Part shown: positions 26,043 to 27,180 of the stretch, in pieces | Layout: each line of letters begins with the position of its first letter | Numbering within the stretch: position 1 is the first letter of the stretch | Assembly (NCBI GenBank): GCA_964593735.1 | Contig: CAZQJF010000001.1 | Location: 1 to 27,180, forward strand | Origin: an uncultured Streptomycetaceae bacterium | GTDB lineage: Bacteria; Pseudomonadota; Gammaproteobacteria; Burkholderiales; SG8-41 | Reading direction: 5' to 3' | DNA: 27,180 nt | Translations under genes and position numbers: made by a program | Notes under the pieces: model-generated | Told to the model about the DNA's origin: nothing | Databases searched by the model: none | What the model saw: only the letters and a program-made list of their open reading frames with translations

Positions 26043-26737
26043 GGCCTGGCATAGACAGCATGCGCACACCGGGTGACGCATGAGAGTGCGGCGCTCCAGG
26101 CTGTCCGACGAACAGACGCGGCGCTTGCTGGAGCATTTCGTGGCCGGGACGCCGGCGCGCACTGCAGCCGAGCTGGTCCAGGTCAATCGCAACACGGCGA
26201 GGCTGTTCTATCACAAGGTACGCGAGATCATCGCGCAGCGTCTGGAAAGCGAGAACGCGCTCGCGGGCGAGATCGACGTCGACGACGCCAGCGAGTTGGC
26301 TGCACGTGATGATGGCGCGCCTGCAATCCCGGTGTTCGCGCTGGTCAGACGCGGCGACAAGGTCCTCACCGTAATGGTTGCGGACCCGCGCCACACAGGC
26401 CCGCAGATGCAGAAGCCCAGGGTTCGTCCCGATTCGATCATCTACGCCGAATCGCCGGATGCGCGCCTTGCGCTCGATGTTTCCGACTTGCGCCATCAAC
26501 GGGTGCCGCGCCGAGCGCACCTCACCAGCGGCCGCGCGAACATCAGCAGCACCGAGAATTTCTGGAACCAGGCCAAGCGGCATTTGAGAAGATACAACGG
26601 TGTGCCGCGGCAGCACTTTCACCTGTTTCTCAAGGAGTGCGAATGGCGCTTCAACTATGGCACTCCTAAGCAATTGTTGAGACTGCTGAAGTTCTGGATC
26701 AGGCGCGACGCGCGCAGATCCTCATCTATGCCAGGCC
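26043..26737 (+). mobile_element. Mirror copy: IS1016-group element with 13-bp TIRs
   Basis: Reverse complement of 444..1138. Confidence 0.63.
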
Positions 26738-26742
26738 ACTGA
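26080..26742 (+). CDS. Mirror copy: IS1595-family transposase-derived protein
   Basis: Identical translation to 439..1101. Confidence 0.83.
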   Translation: MRVRRSRLSDEQTRRLLEHFVAGTPARTAAELVQVNRNTARLFYHKVREIIAQRLESENALAGEIDVDDASELAARDDGAPAIPVFALVRRGDKVLTVMVADPRHTGPQMQKPRVRPDSIIYAESPDARLALDVSDLRHQRVPRRAHLTSGRANISSTENFWNQAKRHLRRYNGVPRQHFHLFLKECEWRFNYGTPKQLLRLLKFWIRRDARRSSSMPGH

Positions 26743-26859
26743 TTTTATGTGGCGGTACGGACAGCAGTCCAAAAAATACGTCGCCGATCGGCAACGCAAA
26801 CGCGGTCGCGACAACTGTCACCCGCGTCTTAATCTACTGATTTCCATCACTACTCTCGA

Positions 26860-26876
26860 TGGGCATGCGGATTGCT
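26860..26876 (+). promoter_or_regulatory. Mirror copy: sigma54 promoter (IHF site mirror at 26830-26842)
   Basis: tgggcatgcggattgct read directly at 26860-26876. Confidence 0.63.
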
Positions 26877-26955
26877 AATGGGGTGAGCCGCGGTCACGCG
26901 TACTGCGAGGTGAAACCGTGCGCGGTGCCACGCAAGCATAAAAACAGGGGGGCCC

Positions 26956-27114
26956 ATGAAGTTTCGCAACCTGGTCGAGTCGTTGACCGGCGATCCGCTT
27001 TGGATCTGCCGGGCCAAGAGCAACTACCGGCGCCTGCGCTGCCGAGCGCCGGTGTTGTTCAGGCGGTTGCGCTCCGCGTCACCGCCGTCGCGCCGCAAGT
27101 CGCGTCCTTATTGA
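26956..27114 (+). CDS. Mirror copy: 52-aa basic small ORF
   Basis: ATG at 26956, TGA at 27112-27114. Confidence 0.33.
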   Translation: MKFRNLVESLTGDPLWICRAKSNYRRLRCRAPVLFRRLRSASPPSRRKSRPY

Positions 27115-27180
27115 ATATTACGAACCCGGATGACAATCCGGTCTCGCTCGACGCTCCCCTCTCCTCCGGGAGAGGGGTTG

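Larger units (their letters stand above)
1..27180. repeat. Whole-window perfect inverted duplication (arms 1-13590 and 13591-27180, no spacer)
   Basis: All ORFs in the track occur as identical mirrored pairs whose coordinates sum to 27181 (e.g. 439..1101- and 26080..26742+; 12396..13496+ and 13685..14785-). The first bases caacccctct are the reverse complement of the last bases agaggggttg. The centre reads cgcggcggcc|ggccgccgcg. Confidence 0.98.

Noticed and set aside
13591-27180. The second arm as an independent paralogous EPS cluster or gene amplification
   Set aside because: There is no divergence in any translated ORF and no spacer or unique junction sequence, so it adds no independent information.

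Overview
The 27,180-bp window is one 13,590-bp sequence followed by its reverse complement. Position x mirrors position 27181-x, and the axis lies at 13590|13591 with no spacer (…CGCGGCGGCC|GGCCGCCGCG…). Every ORF in the supplied track has an identical mirrored partner, and spot checks of both ends and the centre agree; I did not compare every base. The fold-back is most probably an assembly or library artefact, because the axis cuts through what looks like the 5' end of the next gene. The unique half is high-GC and proteobacterial-looking (probably betaproteobacterial). It carries a Wzx/Wzy-dependent exopolysaccharide locus of the Methylobacillus eps / PEP-CTERM-associated type: a variant PEP-CTERM protein, epsE, epsF, epsG, an O-antigen ligase/Wzy-family protein, a Wzx flippase, a GT4 glycosyltransferase, a formyltransferase-like/beta-propeller protein and a WbpP-like UDP-GlcNAc 4-epimerase. 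Divergent from it are an IS1016-group (IS1595 family) element with an intact ORF but an eroded catalytic core, and a sigma54/IHF promoter module pointing at a 52-aa basic ORF. The best leads are: (1) the possibly domesticated transposase; (2) a symmetric ~209-bp hairpin-IR-spacer-IR-hairpin element upstream of the epimerase; (3) a tandem MshEN-like (c-di-GMP-binding type) motif at the EpsG N-terminus; (4) the sigma54-driven small ORF.
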